Shown: positions 1-11,026 of the stretch, piece by piece
Layout of the letters: the number at the start of each line of letters is the position of its first letter
Numbering within the stretch: the stretch's first letter is position 1
Source of the DNA: Trichodelitschia bisporula
Taxonomy: Eukaryota
NCBI GenBank assembly: GCA_010356995.1
Contig: ML996701.1
Coordinates: 795,437-815,436, forward strand
DNA: 20,000 nt
Direction: 5' to 3'
Made by a program: the position numbers and the translations under genes
The notes under the pieces: model-generated
The model's database searches: none
What the model was told of the DNA's origin: nothing
Seen by the model: the letters and a program-made list of their open reading frames with translations, nothing else

Positions 1-585
1 GCGCGCAACCTCGCCCAGACCTTCCACGAACATGGCATCAAGCTCGTCTACGGCGGCGGCACCGTTGGCATAATGGGCGAACTGGCTCGCACGCTGGTTA
101 GCCTATCCGGGCCGGACGCCGTCCACGGCATCATCCCCGCGCCGCTGGTAGCCTACGAACAAGGTACCGATGCCAACAACCCGGCGGTAGGCAACGTCAT
201 CGATGAGGCGGTCTACGGGCGCACGACGGTCGTGAAGGATATGCACACGCGCAAGCAGATGATGGCCCAGGAGGTCATTGCCGGCGGCAGTGGCAGTGGC
301 TTCGTCGCCATGAGTGGAGGTTACGGCACCCTGGAGGAGATCATGGAGATCACGACGTGGAATCAGTTGGGCATCCACGACCGCGGTGTCATCATGTTCA
401 ACGTCGACGGGTACTGGGACGGTATCATGCAGTGGATCCGGACTGCCGTCTCTAGCGAATTCATCACGCCTGTGAACGGGGGGATCGTCGTCGAGGCGCG
501 CAACACCGATGATGTTGTGACGGCGCTTCGAGATTACAAGAACTCGGAGGGGCGGCTGAACCTGCAATGGACTGCAGAAGGATAG
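1..585 (+). CDS. LOG1: LOG-family (Lonely Guy / lysine decarboxylase-like) nucleotide phosphoribohydrolase, 5'-truncated by the window
   Basis: Frame is open from base 1 (ARNLAQTFHEHGIKLVYGGGTVGIMGE). It contains LVYGGG, DMHTRKQMM, SGGYGTLEE (LOG PGGxGTxxE motif) and TWNQLGIH. Stop TAG at 583-585. Confidence 0.92.
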   Translation, partial: ARNLAQTFHEHGIKLVYGGGTVGIMGELARTLVSLSGPDAVHGIIPAPLVAYEQGTDANNPAVGNVIDEAVYGRTTVVKDMHTRKQMMAQEVIAGGSGSGFVAMSGGYGTLEEIMEITTWNQLGIHDRGVIMFNVDGYWDGIMQWIRTAVSSEFITPVNGGIVVEARNTDDVVTALRDYKNSEGRLNLQWTAEG

Positions 586-1593
586 AGTCTGGACAGTGTC
601 TCAGGTGAACTTGCTGCATTTTTTGCATGCGGGAGCCGGCGGATAGAGAAATGGAAATGGAAACGGGAATGGCATGAATGATGCTAGATGAATAGGCTGG
701 CGTTAAGAAATTCAGATGCATGCGTGATTGCACCAATTGGTAGAAATGTCGTTGTCAGTGAAATGGTATCAAACTGTGAACTTTAAGCTCTGGGCATTCA
801 TCTTATCCTTGGTCTACCATATACTCACTACCAACGACTTCGAAACAGGCTCTCACTGGGGAAGCCTGTGCCTTCGTGACAGATATTTCGCCTTGAAGAA
901 GATTCACGGTCAAAATGAAGGTGACAAAATTATTAGCGGGATCCGCTCGGTGAGCTATCGCAGTTCAGTGACGATGGGCTGGTGACGGTCGAGTCCCGTC
1001 ATAGGTCCGACTCTGTCGATAAATACCACAAAGCGGTCCACTGTAACCCATTTTGACATCCTCATCACCACTCTAACACGGAGACTCTCGTCCCAGTCGT
1101 CATCCACGAGGGGAGCCTTGTCGTCTTGTACCAGTTCGCGCGAGGGTAGGCAATACCTGCGCTTTGTGACGATGCTCGACACCTGGATCAGTCTGGACCA
1201 GCTCCTGATATCTTCGCTGAAATGGAGCCTGGTGTGTGTCCCAATTGGTGCAGCACTCGCCGCTGTTGGAGTATCTGGTCAAAGTGTGTGCTGCCCTAAC
1301 CTATAGAAGTCGGATACGACAAATAGAGCGGAGGCTAAAACAGCAAGTTTGCTCAGAGATGCCATCTCGATGGTAGTGCTCTGCGTCTTACCGTGCATGA
1401 GGCGAGGCAACTAGCAGCACAACGTCGACATCCCTGAAGGCTCGAGCCAACGCGTCCACGGCATCTTCCACGTGCGGATGCCATCCGATGAGGGACACGG
1501 CTAAAGTCTCAATCGGCTGACTTTCGTACTTAGCTATATATTCTTCTCATATTCGCCAGCTACACCGATTGTTGTCGTACATACAATTGGTCG

Positions 1594-1606
1594 TATATAT
1601 ATATAT
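1594..1606. repeat. Short (TA)n microsatellite
   Basis: tatatatatatat, about 410 bp upstream of the ATG at 2020. Confidence 0.7.
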
Positions 1607-2019
1607 GTTGTGGTGGTATACATATCGGGGCGCGGCATGCCCTGTTGTCGGGTGAGGCGCGGGGACGGGAGGTGGAAAGTCGAGGTTGCTTGGCACTCAC
1701 CAACTCAGCCAGCCTGGGCAACGACTTCAAGTCACCAGCTCGCGATCCTTTCACCTGCCCACCCCGCCCTTTCACCTAAACCACAAGATAAATATCGATT
1801 TCGCGCCGCCAAGAATTCTATCTGCATCATACAACCTTTCTGGAAAGCCCAATTCTCGTTGCAAAAGCTTCGCGTCGACCTTCCATTCCGGCCCCAGCCA
1901 CCCCCGACACCGACACGCGTGCAAATTAAATCGCCGCCGGCACCTACCCACCGCGCACCCCCAAAACATCCATCCCGCGGCCAAAACTTTCCACTCCTTC
2001 AGCCTCGCGTTTGCCCGCC

Positions 2020-2703
2020 ATGGTGGTCCACGAGATATCGACGCGCGCCCAGGTCGTCGGCCTCAAGGCCGCGGGCATCACCAACGTGGAAATCCACCGC
2101 CTGACCGGCGTCCCCGCCCGCACCATCAACCTGATGTACGCGCGCGCCCAGCGTCGCGGCTTCAACCCCGAGGTCACGCCCGCCATCGTGCTCGACTCGC
2201 ACGTTCGCGACGCGCCGCGCTCTGGCCGCCCACGCAAGAACCCGAAGCCGGAAGATGGAAACCCGGCCGACCCTGCCAACCCTACTGCCGGTCCGACTGA
2301 CGGCGCGCTCCCCGCTGTCGACGACCCGTCCCGCGACGAGTCGCCACTGAGCCAGACGGAGGCGGCTGTGGCGACGCATCTCCAGGCGGCCGTGGCGGCA
2401 GAGACACTTCAACAGGATGCGCGTGCCGCCGGCGCTCAGTCCGGCGTGGGTGCTCAGTTGCCGCGTCCGCTGCTGCCTGGCATCACGTCGGCTAACCATC
2501 AAGGTCAGGGCCAGAGCGGTCCTTACTATTCCGGTATCGCCAACATGTCTCTCGTCGACCCGCAGCTTCGCAACCTGCCGCCGACGTACCCTGCGTTCCC
2601 GTACCAGCAGCCGCAGCAACAGCATCCGCAGCAACAGCAGCAACAGCAACAACAGCAGCAGCCACAGCAGCCGCAGCAGCAACCGCCGACCGAGGGATCT
2701 TAG
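2020..2703 (+). CDS. 227-aa protein: Tc1/mariner transposase-like N-terminal HTH plus GRPR motif, then a low-complexity and poly-Q tail; no DDE domain
   Basis: ATG at 2020 in good context (cccgccATGG). The N-terminus EISTRAQVVGLK...EIHRLTGVPARTINLMYARAQRRGFNP...VRDAPRSGRPRK resembles fungal Tc1-like transposase N-termini. Codons are strongly GC3-biased like the neighbouring host genes. Stop TAG at 2701-2703. Confidence 0.8.
   Translation: MVVHEISTRAQVVGLKAAGITNVEIHRLTGVPARTINLMYARAQRRGFNPEVTPAIVLDSHVRDAPRSGRPRKNPKPEDGNPADPANPTAGPTDGALPAVDDPSRDESPLSQTEAAVATHLQAAVAAETLQQDARAAGAQSGVGAQLPRPLLPGITSANHQGQGQSGPYYSGIANMSLVDPQLRNLPPTYPAFPYQQPQQQHPQQQQQQQQQQQPQQPQQQPPTEGS
2605..2682 (+). repeat. Coding CAG/CAA repeat (poly-Q, longest pure run Q11 at 2629-2661)
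   Basis: Encodes QQPQQQHPQQQQQQQQQQQPQQPQQQ from mixed CAG/CAA codons. Confidence 0.95.
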
Positions 2704-4768
2704 CGCTCTGTTTAGTGGGAGGAGGACGGCTTCGAGGCTCATGCCCTGCCGTAGAGTCTGCTATTTACAAAGGTATGGAGTTTGCGATGATACCCGGACT
2801 GTCTCGTATGTGGTGTTATTGGTCTGGATGCTGTCTTCGTAACTAGTGGTCGATGTCTTACGGTACCAATGCCACTGGATACAGCTTTACATGGTCTTTT
2901 CCAAGTGCTTACTCATGGATATGCGCCCAAATATACTTTTGATGCGGTGCCTTCCCACTGATTTCACGAGGTTTAGGTTCACGATCTCCAACACGGGGGA
3001 TATGCGGTCAGTCAACGAATACGCGCCGTAGACTGTTCTTTGGCGGTAATCGGATGCTTGGTCCACGTGCATTCAGCTGCCCTGGCGGTGGTTGACCCTT
3101 GCCGGATTTCGTCCAAACTGCCTAACCGAATACTTTGGTTGTGCAGCCGATTAGAGCCATATGGGAGCATGACGTGTGTCTAAGCTATTGGGCATGCCTC
3201 TGCTGTCAATACTTAACATCAATACCATCACCTTCTTCAGCGGCTTTGCCTTAGACTAATATTTCAACAGAATAAGTGACGAAGTGGCCGTTCGAGCACC
3301 TTTTAGTCACCGTTTCTTGACACACTTCTTCCCCTTTCTCGTCAATGATACAATCGGAGGAGGAGACAGATCCATCCTGATGGAGGGAAGAAGCCACGAA
3401 GGGAAGAAGCCACTACAGTATAATCCATTTACTAAATCACTGTGCACGAGCGGCCATGCTCACCTCTTAATATAGGGGAATCTCATTCGAAACTATGAAG
3501 CACACGGTCATCAGATTTGAAGCCGGCGCCGCAAGGCTAAGGCGATTTCCTGGACTCTGCCATCAGCCCTGGCAGTGCCGATAGCAAATCTTGCTCCCTT
3601 TGGGAACAGGCGACGATCAGCCATATCAGGGCATCATCAGAGCCGCCAAGCCTTACCGGGCATGCCGGTATAATAGCCAGAAGGCTCCTCGGCGGTTACA
3701 TCATCCAATCGGCCCGAACATGTATCCCGAGCTGGAGCAGTGACTTTGCCCGACTTTCGGGTGTCATTTCGAAGGGGCTCGAAGCTGTCGGCGGAGCCTT
3801 GTCGTCAGCACCGTCTTCGAGGTTCTCCTTTTGGAATTCACCCGGCCGACTGAAGCCAGATGAATGACTTGCCCTCCATCATTGAGTGACCAGCAGATGA
3901 GAATGTTCTTGGGATCAACAAGCAAGTACTTCAATTTGAAGGCGGTAAGAAACCAAACACGGGTATTTGTCATAGAACTCACGGTTATGGGCTTTCGACT
4001 AAAGAGTGACGCTTGATTCGAAGAGCATCTAGAACTAGAACTAAGCTGCAGGCCTGCACCGCCGCTCATTATCTCACCGCTTCGACGCCCGTTGATCTAG
4101 CTACTGTACAGCATCATCTTCATCAGTTTTGAAAAGCTGTGTACTTGTCGAACATGGCCTCCAGTCGTGCAAGGAGCATCCACTCTGTAAGTCCTCACCC
4201 TACGGTGCCCGCTGCTGTAATGTCGCAGTGTAATCACGCACTTCGCATCTGCTCCATGAGGCTGCGAACCAATGCCACATATTACGGCAATCTGCGGCAA
4301 TCTACGGGCGACCCTGCCGGACTACAAAAGCTCCGCAGCAAATTGCCATAGTGCTCTGCCTCTAGCACATGCCTTCAGCCTTGCCTTGTGGTCGCGGCCG
4401 AAGGATAGCCCGCTGACCTTGATCCTGGCCAATGCACCCCACACCGACGGATGAAATATCGAGGGAGTGGCTGAAACTCGGGATTTCCGGATGCCAACCG
4501 CCTCACTCTGCTTGAACCAGAGACTTGAGGGTGTTTGGCCAGGGGTTGGAAGGAAATATACGTGCCGTTCCTTCACACCAGAAGTGCAGGAGGGATCGGC
4601 AACTATTTTCTACCCGCCCATGAGTAATGGCACTGGGGCTGCATGGTGCCAATGCGTCCTCTTTGCACCTCTGCCTGATTGAATTTGAGATGCCCTACAC
4701 CTTGGCTTGTATAAACATTTACATACACGCTGACCGGGCCACAGCCTTCTGAGCGAGAATGTCATGAT

Positions 4769-6875
4769 ATGTCGCGACAACCGTCACCCGAATCGTCATC
4801 GGAATGGTGCCGCAAGAAGCGCAGAACGTTTGCATGTCACGCCTGCCGGCGAAAGAAGGTACGCTGCGATCGTGTGTACCCGGTGTGCGGGCGGTGTCGG
4901 TACTTTGGGCAGTCGGGACACTGCGTGTACGATTCGAAGCCGTCAGATGCGAGCGAGAGCGCCGCCTTTTCGTACTCGGTGCCGCCCGACACCCCCAGCG
5001 ACCGGCTGGCCGAGATGACGGATTTGGTGGTGCAGCAGTCACAGCGTATCAAGGAACTTGAGAGCCGAGTCGCCCACCTGGAGCTTGATTCGGGCCGCAC
5101 GTCGCCCATCGAGCGGGACTGCTTCTTCCAAAACAGTGGATCGGACAGCCGGTTCGGCGGGCCTAGCGCGCCGCTTAGCATCGTCGACACGTCGTTGATG
5201 ATCCTCACTAGCGTGAGTATTCTCATCTATGAGATGCGTCAGCTAATCTCCAGTTCCCCGAGCTTGCTATCTTCATGTCTGACCCCACCGGCCACAGCCC
5301 AGCGCTGCTCCAGGCACGGAGCGAGGCATGGCAGCTCAAGCCGCGGCTTGACTATGCGCGCCTGGTTGCGGCGGCGGCGGCGTCGAGCAGCCTGACCGAC
5401 TTGCTCCCTGACCAGGCCGAAGTCGCGCGGCTAACGGCGGCCTACTGGGAGCACCTTGAGCAAACGACGCGTGTGCTCCATGCGCCGACGTTCTGGGCCG
5501 CCTTTCGCGCGTTCGAAAACGGCACGCGCAGCGAACCCTTTGTTGTGGTGCTTTTGCTCGTCATGGCGGCCGCGAGCTGCATGGCACGTCCAGTGGCCTA
5601 CATCGGCATTAGCCCAGTCACCCGCGAGAGGGCCGTTACCTGGATCAATGCGTGCGCTGCATGGCTGGCTGGCGGGCCCAAGCTGGCGGTCCGCGAAGAG
5701 TTGCAGATCCGGCTGCTAATTTTGGTCGCCCGTCAGGCCAATGGCGTACCCAAGCTGTGGGAAGAGGCGGCGTCGTTACTCAATGACGCGCTTGCGGCCG
5801 GGCTGCACGTCGATGGTGGGCGCTTGGAGAAGACGTTTTCGATGGAAAACGCAGCCACCGGCCTGCCGGGCGTGCCGCGCGCCCCGCTATCCGTTTTCGA
5901 AAAGGAGATACGGCGCCGGCTGTGGGCGAGCATTGCCGAGCTCGAGTTGCAGGAGGCGTTCGACCGGGGGATGCCGTCGTCGGCGGCGGCAATGGCGTCG
6001 GACTGCGGGCCACCGGCCAATGTCAGCGACGACGACTTTCACCAGCTCTCGGCAGATTTACCGTCCCCCAAGATGCACACGCGTATGGCGTATCTGCACA
6101 CGTCGCACCGCAGCTTCCGGCTCCGTGTCGCGCTTAACAAGGCGGTTAACGACCCAACAACCGCCTTGACATATAACCGAGTACTTGCGTACGACGCCGA
6201 AGTCACAAAAGAGCTTGAGCAGCTGCCAAAAGACATCCCGAGGGTGGCAGCCCTGCAGCTTAACGTCCAGTTGCGCCAATTTCTGCTCCCGCTGCACGTC
6301 CCATTTGCGCGGCGCACCACTACGAACCCAAGGTACGCCTACTCGCGCATGGCGTGCGTCAACGCCGCGAGCGCCATCTTGCAGCTACATGCGGACTTGG
6401 AGACACCAAGTGCCAACATTATGCGCGAAGATGTCTTCCGGGCCGCGCTGACCCTGTGCCACAACATCGTCCTTTGGAAGGCCCTGAGCGGGGAGCCCTT
6501 CATGAACCAGCTCGGTGGACTGTTCCTCCAGCAGGTGGAGAAGGCTATCGAGCTGATCGAGGAAAAAATTATCTACGTGGGCCAGCACTGGGGCCAGATT
6601 TGGTTTGCCGTGGCCGGGCAGGGCATCCTCCGGACCGCTGTGGCTCCCCAATTCATTGAGAGCCACATGCAGGATATCACGAGCCGGCTGGCAAAGCTGT
6701 TCTACAAGGTGTTAGCGGCGCAGGAGGTGGATGTGAATAGAGGGGTAAACTTTTCCGCATACAACTCGCGCGGGCTGACTGACAATCATAGCGAAACGCC
6801 CCCGCCGTATTTGATAGTGAAGTACCGCATTCCGAGGATGGCCCACCGTGGCCGTGGAACGGAGTTTTTGGCTAG
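4769..6875 (+). CDS. Zn(II)2Cys6 fungal transcription factor with fungal-specific TF middle domain; exons 4769-5212, 5254-6744, 6792-6875
   Basis: CHACRRKKVRCDRVYPVCGRCRYFGQSGHC binuclear cluster; RVLHAPTF, AGLHVD and EIRRRLW middle-domain motifs. Intron 5213-5253 (GTGAGT..GCTAAT..CAG) joins ORFs 4769 and 5275 in frame. Intron 6745-6791 (GTAAAC..CTGAC..TAG) gives a last exon ending PWPWNGVFG*; this last exon is less certain. Confidence 0.9.
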
Positions 6876-7274
6876 AGTTTCCCTTGACTTAGCAGTAGAC
6901 GTATCTTACGGCAATGTATTCAAATCGAAATGCAGTAGCGTCTTCGGCGTGCCCTACCCAACCGCATACTGCGAAACGCATCTCCGCCCCATCTCCGACG
7001 GATCGCGACCCTATGCGACGATTACCCGCGGAATTCGAGACATGACACTATTGCAGTGATCAGCGTATTTGCATTGGTTTGGACAAGATGTTGTTGGGAT
7101 ATCTCGAGATCAGTACTTGGTGACATGGACAAAAAACGTTGTCATGCCGACAGCGCTGCTTACTAGCTTTGTTGAGCATGGCACTCCTCCCACCGCATGA
7201 ATCGAGTCTCAAAGTATCTGGCGCGGTTGTATCTAGAAAACACTTAAGTACCTCCGCCAGACCACCGCAGCAGC

Positions 7275-8549
7275 CTAATTCTCGCCATCGCTCTCTTGCT
7301 CCTGCTTCTTCAAAATCTCTTTCCACTGTTCCGCAAACTCCCGCATCTGAGTGGGTCCTGCTGTGCTCGCATCAACGACATCACGCGGTAGCTTGTGTGC
7401 GCTATACTGCGGTGTGGAAAAGCTGTATGCCTCGGGATCATCGCGGCGAATGAGTCGGAATTCTGGCCTAAACAGCTCCACCACGTCGGACTCGGACTCC
7501 GACTCGGACTCGGGGTATGATATTGAGCCCGAAGCCTCCGCTTCGCCGTCAGGTGCCTCTGCCGTCTCAGCCGTCTCGCCCTCAACCGACTCGGTCGCTC
7601 CGGCCGTTTCTCCGCTGTTCATTACGTCGTTCGAGTCTGTGAGAAGTTCTAGCCAGCTAAAGAGGAGAGGATCCGTCCGTTGGGCCCAAGGATTGAAGTC
7701 TATAAGCCAGACGCGCTCGTAGGGCGGCGGGATATAAACGTCAAAGACGAAGTTGTCGTCTGGGAAGTCGCGAAGGTCTTCGTCGAAGAAGGCCTGAATC
7801 CGCTTCACAAGCCGGTCCTGCATTTCGAACAGAAATTCAAAGTGGTTTTGGTCGCGTTGGCAGATCCCTATGATTCGACTTTTGCGCACGAAACACCGGA
7901 ACTCGAGCGCGGGATTGAGCTCGACGTGCTTGCGCAGCACGAGGTAGTAGTCAATCTCCTGGGACGCACTGCCGTCGGCGCAATCATCGAACGCGTGGTC
8001 GAGGTCATGTGTCACGAAGTCGGAACTCTTGAGTAAGAGATAGACGTCGTTGGGCGTGCGGCATTCCATGCTATTGTTTAGCATGAACGTGGCGTCCTTG
8101 GGAGCGGACCAGTTGAGTTTCGGAACCACCTTGCCGCCTAGCTCGGCAATGGTGCGCTTGATGCTTTCGTGAATCTCGGGCCAGTCGGCCGAAGGATCGA
8201 CTTCCGGTTCGTCGGAATCATCTGTGAAGATGCCGCTATCAGCGTCAGAGTCGACGATGACGTCGGACTCCGGCGGAACCACGATCCCATCGGCACGGAG
8301 GTACTCGACAAACGGAACCGAGAGCTTGATAGTACGAGCCTTAGGCGTCACGGCCCGGTACCTAGGGGGTAAGCGGCGTCCCATGACGGTGTATACCTCG
8401 GGGGCGTACCGCGCGTGCCAGGAGGGATACGAGCAGTTCAGTATGTGTGCTTTGGTGAGAGGAGGGAATGGGAGTTCGGTGAGCCTCTCTGGGCCGCTCT
8501 TCTCAGGAGGTGCAAGGCTTGCCTCGGAGGAATGATTAGACTCCGCCAT
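7275..8549 (-). CDS. CDC123: Cell division cycle protein 123 (D123 family, ATP-grasp, eIF2 assembly factor); exons 8549-8410, 8361-7275
   Basis: Motifs [57 protein letters not shown] 48-nt intron at 8409-8362 (GTACGC..CTTAC..TAG) restores [11 protein letters not shown]. Start taken at ATG 8549 (MAESN). Confidence 0.95.
   Translation of the reverse strand: MAESNHSSEASLAPPEKSGPERLTELPFPPLTKAHILNCSYPSWHARYAPEVYTVMGRRLPPRYRAVTPKARTIKLSVPFVEYLRADGIVVPPESDVIVDSDADSGIFTDDSDEPEVDPSADWPEIHESIKRTIAELGGKVVPKLNWSAPKDATFMLNNSMECRTPNDVYLLLKSSDFVTHDLDHAFDDCADGSASQEIDYYLVLRKHVELNPALEFRCFVRKSRIIGICQRDQNHFEFLFEMQDRLVKRIQAFFDEDLRDFPDDNFVFDVYIPPPYERVWLIDFNPWAQRTDPLLFSWLELLTDSNDVMNSGETAGATESVEGETAETAEAPDGEAEASGSISYPESESESESDVVELFRPEFRLIRRDDPEAYSFSTPQYSAHKLPRDVVDASTAGPTQMREFAEQWKEILKKQEQESDGEN
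7486..7512 (-). repeat. Coding hexamer repeat encoding ESESESESD in CDC123
   Basis: Repeated tcggac/tccgac units on the + strand. Confidence 0.75.
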
Positions 8550-9070
8550 GCCGATGCGTTGCGGCGAGGTTGACGTCGCTGTTGATGTTGATGTTGTGGT
8601 TAACGTCGAAGTTGGTACTTGCCAATGAAATCCAGACTTTTGTCGCAAGACTGATCCCGAGAGGACTGAGTAGTGTACAAGAATGTGATCGCTCTTGACT
8701 CTTCCGTTCAACACCTTATCGACGTTAGTTTTTAAACACAGGAAGAGTCATTGGTAATGACTGGAGGCGAACCAAATATGTAATTCAACCGTCGAAACTG
8801 AATCAACAACAGGGGCTCTCCGAATTTTCAACCGATCTGATTTCCCAATCATGAGAGTAATAAAGACCACAAGTGTTATTGTAGAGATCCTGAAGGCCAG
8901 GAATTTTTGACAGATATCTTTCAGTTGGCGTCTGCGGCTTCGACTTTGACCATCGCGCTTGGCAGGCCATCATCCGCCACACGCCATCAGTGCGCCACAC
9001 CCCGCTCCTCCCACCATCACCGACCTCGCCGTTGCACGATCACCTGTCTACCGTACAACTATCAACCATC

Positions 9071-9598
9071 ATGTCTGCCAACGTCGGCCTCTCTACCCCC
9101 CGCGGTAGCGGTACCTCCGGCTATGTGCAGCGCAACCTCTCGCACCTGAAACCGCGCGATCACGCCGCGCCGTACCCGACCGATGACCTGCGGCGCCACC
9201 GCCAGCGCCAACCGGACCCTGAGATCCTGGAGCACGAGCGGCGGCGCAAGATTGAAGTTAAGGTGTTTGAGCTGCGAGACAAACTGGAGGAAGAGGGGTA
9301 CGTTTGACCGCCCCAGACAGGACTCGGCTGATTAGGCAGTGTCGACGAGGACGAGATCGACGAGCGGACCGACCAACTGCGCAAGGAACTCGAGGCGGAA
9401 GACCAGGCCAACATCGGTAAGGGGACTGACGCACGCGGGCTCAAGTCGCACCAAGTGCACGACCTGGCCAAGGCGAAGATCGAGGAAACAGAGCGACTGC
9501 GTAAGGCATTCGGCATCCGGGAGGACTACGAGGAGGGGAGTCACTGGAAGCGACAAGAGGAGCGGCTGCGGAACACTCTCGCGGAGAACGAGAAGTAG
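9071..9598 (+). CDS. CWC21: Pre-mRNA splicing factor Cwc21 (SRRM2 N-terminal homologue); exons 9071-9297, 9340-9598
   Basis: N-terminus [23 protein letters not shown] and [26 protein letters not shown]. Intron 9298-9339 (GTACGT..CTGAT..CAG, 42 nt) continues into VDEDEIDE...[16 protein letters not shown]...YEEGSHW. Stop TAG at 9596-9598. Confidence 0.95.
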
Positions 9599-9724
9599 GC
9601 GGATAAAGGCGTTTGGTGTTGGTTATGAGAGGGCGCATTGATACCCGCCCGAAATTGACAATGCAAAGGGCTTGATCTACATGACTTCTACTTTCGAACT
9701 GCACCTGTCCATCCGACCTGCGAT

Positions 9725-10723
9725 CTACAACTTGTGCTTCTTCGTCCCCGCCGCGATCGCAGCGAAGTGTCCCTGCGGGATGCCGGCGACAAAGCGGTCC
9801 AGACCGCCAAACACTTCCAACACGCCCTGCGCGTCGAGTGCTTTGCGCCCCGGAGCCTGGATGAGCGCCTTGACCTTCATCATACTATCGCTGTCCAGGT
9901 GGTCTCCCATACGGTCGTCGACCTCAGCCAGTACAGCCGCCAGAAACTTGTCGCTGTCCTTGCCGGTGTCGAAGATCTTGTTGACGAAGCCAACTTGCAC
10001 CAGCTCCTCGGCCGAGATGCGCTTGCTCTGAATGAGCGCCTCGTTCGCCTTGGCTATCCCCAGCCGCTGCACGAAGCCGATGCTCGCGCCACCCTCGGAA
10101 ACGAGGCCCAGCGACGTGAAGGGCGTGAGAATGAACGTGTGCGGGGCCGCGTAGACGAAGTCAGCGAACCCAACGAGCGCGGCCGAGAGTCCGACAGCGG
10201 GGCCGTTGAGCGCTACAACGAGGATTTTAGGGTGCGAGTAGAAGGCGTGGGTGATGAAGAGGTTGTTTGACACAAAGGAGCGTAACCAGTGCCGGCGTAT
10301 GTCCTCGCCCTCGGTAGGCGCGGACGACGAGAGGCCTACATCAGCGCCACTGAGCTGTTAGTCGTGGGGAGAGAGGATAGAGAGAGGGGGGTAGTCGGGT
10401 TAGGGAGGAAGAATGCGGGGCGGAATGGAGAGGAAACGGGAAGGGCGGAAGGTGAGGAAGGGGGGAGTGAGGGAGAATGGGCGAGAGTGGAATGAGATGA
10501 AAGAGAGAAGTGGAATGAGATGAAAGAGAGAGACATACGCAGAGAAGAAGCGGCCCTTGCCAGTCAGGATGGTGATGGCAATCTCCGGCTTCGCGGCGAC
10601 CTCGTTCATCAGCGTCGCGAGCCGGTAGTAGAGATCCAAGTTGAGTGCATTGAGTTTCTTCTCGCGGTTCAGTGTGATGATGGCAATCTTGCCGCGCGTC
10701 TCGAGGGTGATTTCGTCCGACAT
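9725..10723 (-). CDS. ECI1: Peroxisomal delta3,delta2-enoyl-CoA isomerase (crotonase superfamily); exons 10723-10539, 10349-9725
   Basis: KKLNAL, GRFFSA|GAD joined across intron 10538-10350 (GTATGT..CTAAC..CAG, 189 nt), VALNGPAVGLSAA, PFTSLGLVSEGGAS. C-terminal HKL is a PTS1-like signal. Confidence 0.9.
10486..10531. repeat. Perfect 23-bp tandem duplication inside a purine-rich tract in the ECI1 intron
   Basis: agtggaatgagatgaaagagaga at 10486-10508 and again at 10509-10531. Confidence 0.9.
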
Positions 10724-11026
10724 AGTGATTGTTTGGTGGTACTAAGATGAGATTGAGGTTGAGCAGCAAAGGCGGGCCTTCATAGCTCAAGGCTCAGGCG
10801 CGCAACGCAGCCGTGAGTGTGGGGAAGCGCTGAGTCTGGGTGAGAAGCCTCGGCCATGGCGACGGCGCTCACCAGCCACAACGGGAAGCGTTCTCCAGTT
10901 TCACGTGCTGTGGCGTCTGGCGCATCTTAGCCGTGAATTGTGCATCTCGAGACCGCCACACCTCTGTCGAGCCATCATTATTCACACCACCAGTATCCTC
11001 ACTACGGTACCGGTACCACCACAGCA

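Noticed and set aside
648..679. Degenerate GAAATG hexamer run after the LOG stop
   Set aside because: Short, imperfect 3' UTR microsatellite with no support for function.
1610..2842. ORFs overlapping the HTH gene (1610-2104, 1686-2300, 1999-2742 minus with poly-Leu, 2417-2842)
   Set aside because: Shadow frames of GC-rich coding DNA; the poly-Leu is simply the antisense of the CAG repeat.
3654..3670. Inverted repeat TACCGG-N5-CCGGTA as an autoregulatory Zn2Cys6 site
   Set aside because: Single short palindrome 1.1 kb from the TF start; likely by chance.
1..7059. Secondary-metabolite cluster around the Zn2Cys6 factor
   Set aside because: No backbone enzyme, tailoring enzyme or transporter in the window; the downstream neighbours are housekeeping genes.
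8550..8714. Extension of CDC123 to 8714
   Set aside because: Non-ATG start and low-complexity Thr/Ser translation typical of a 5' UTR.
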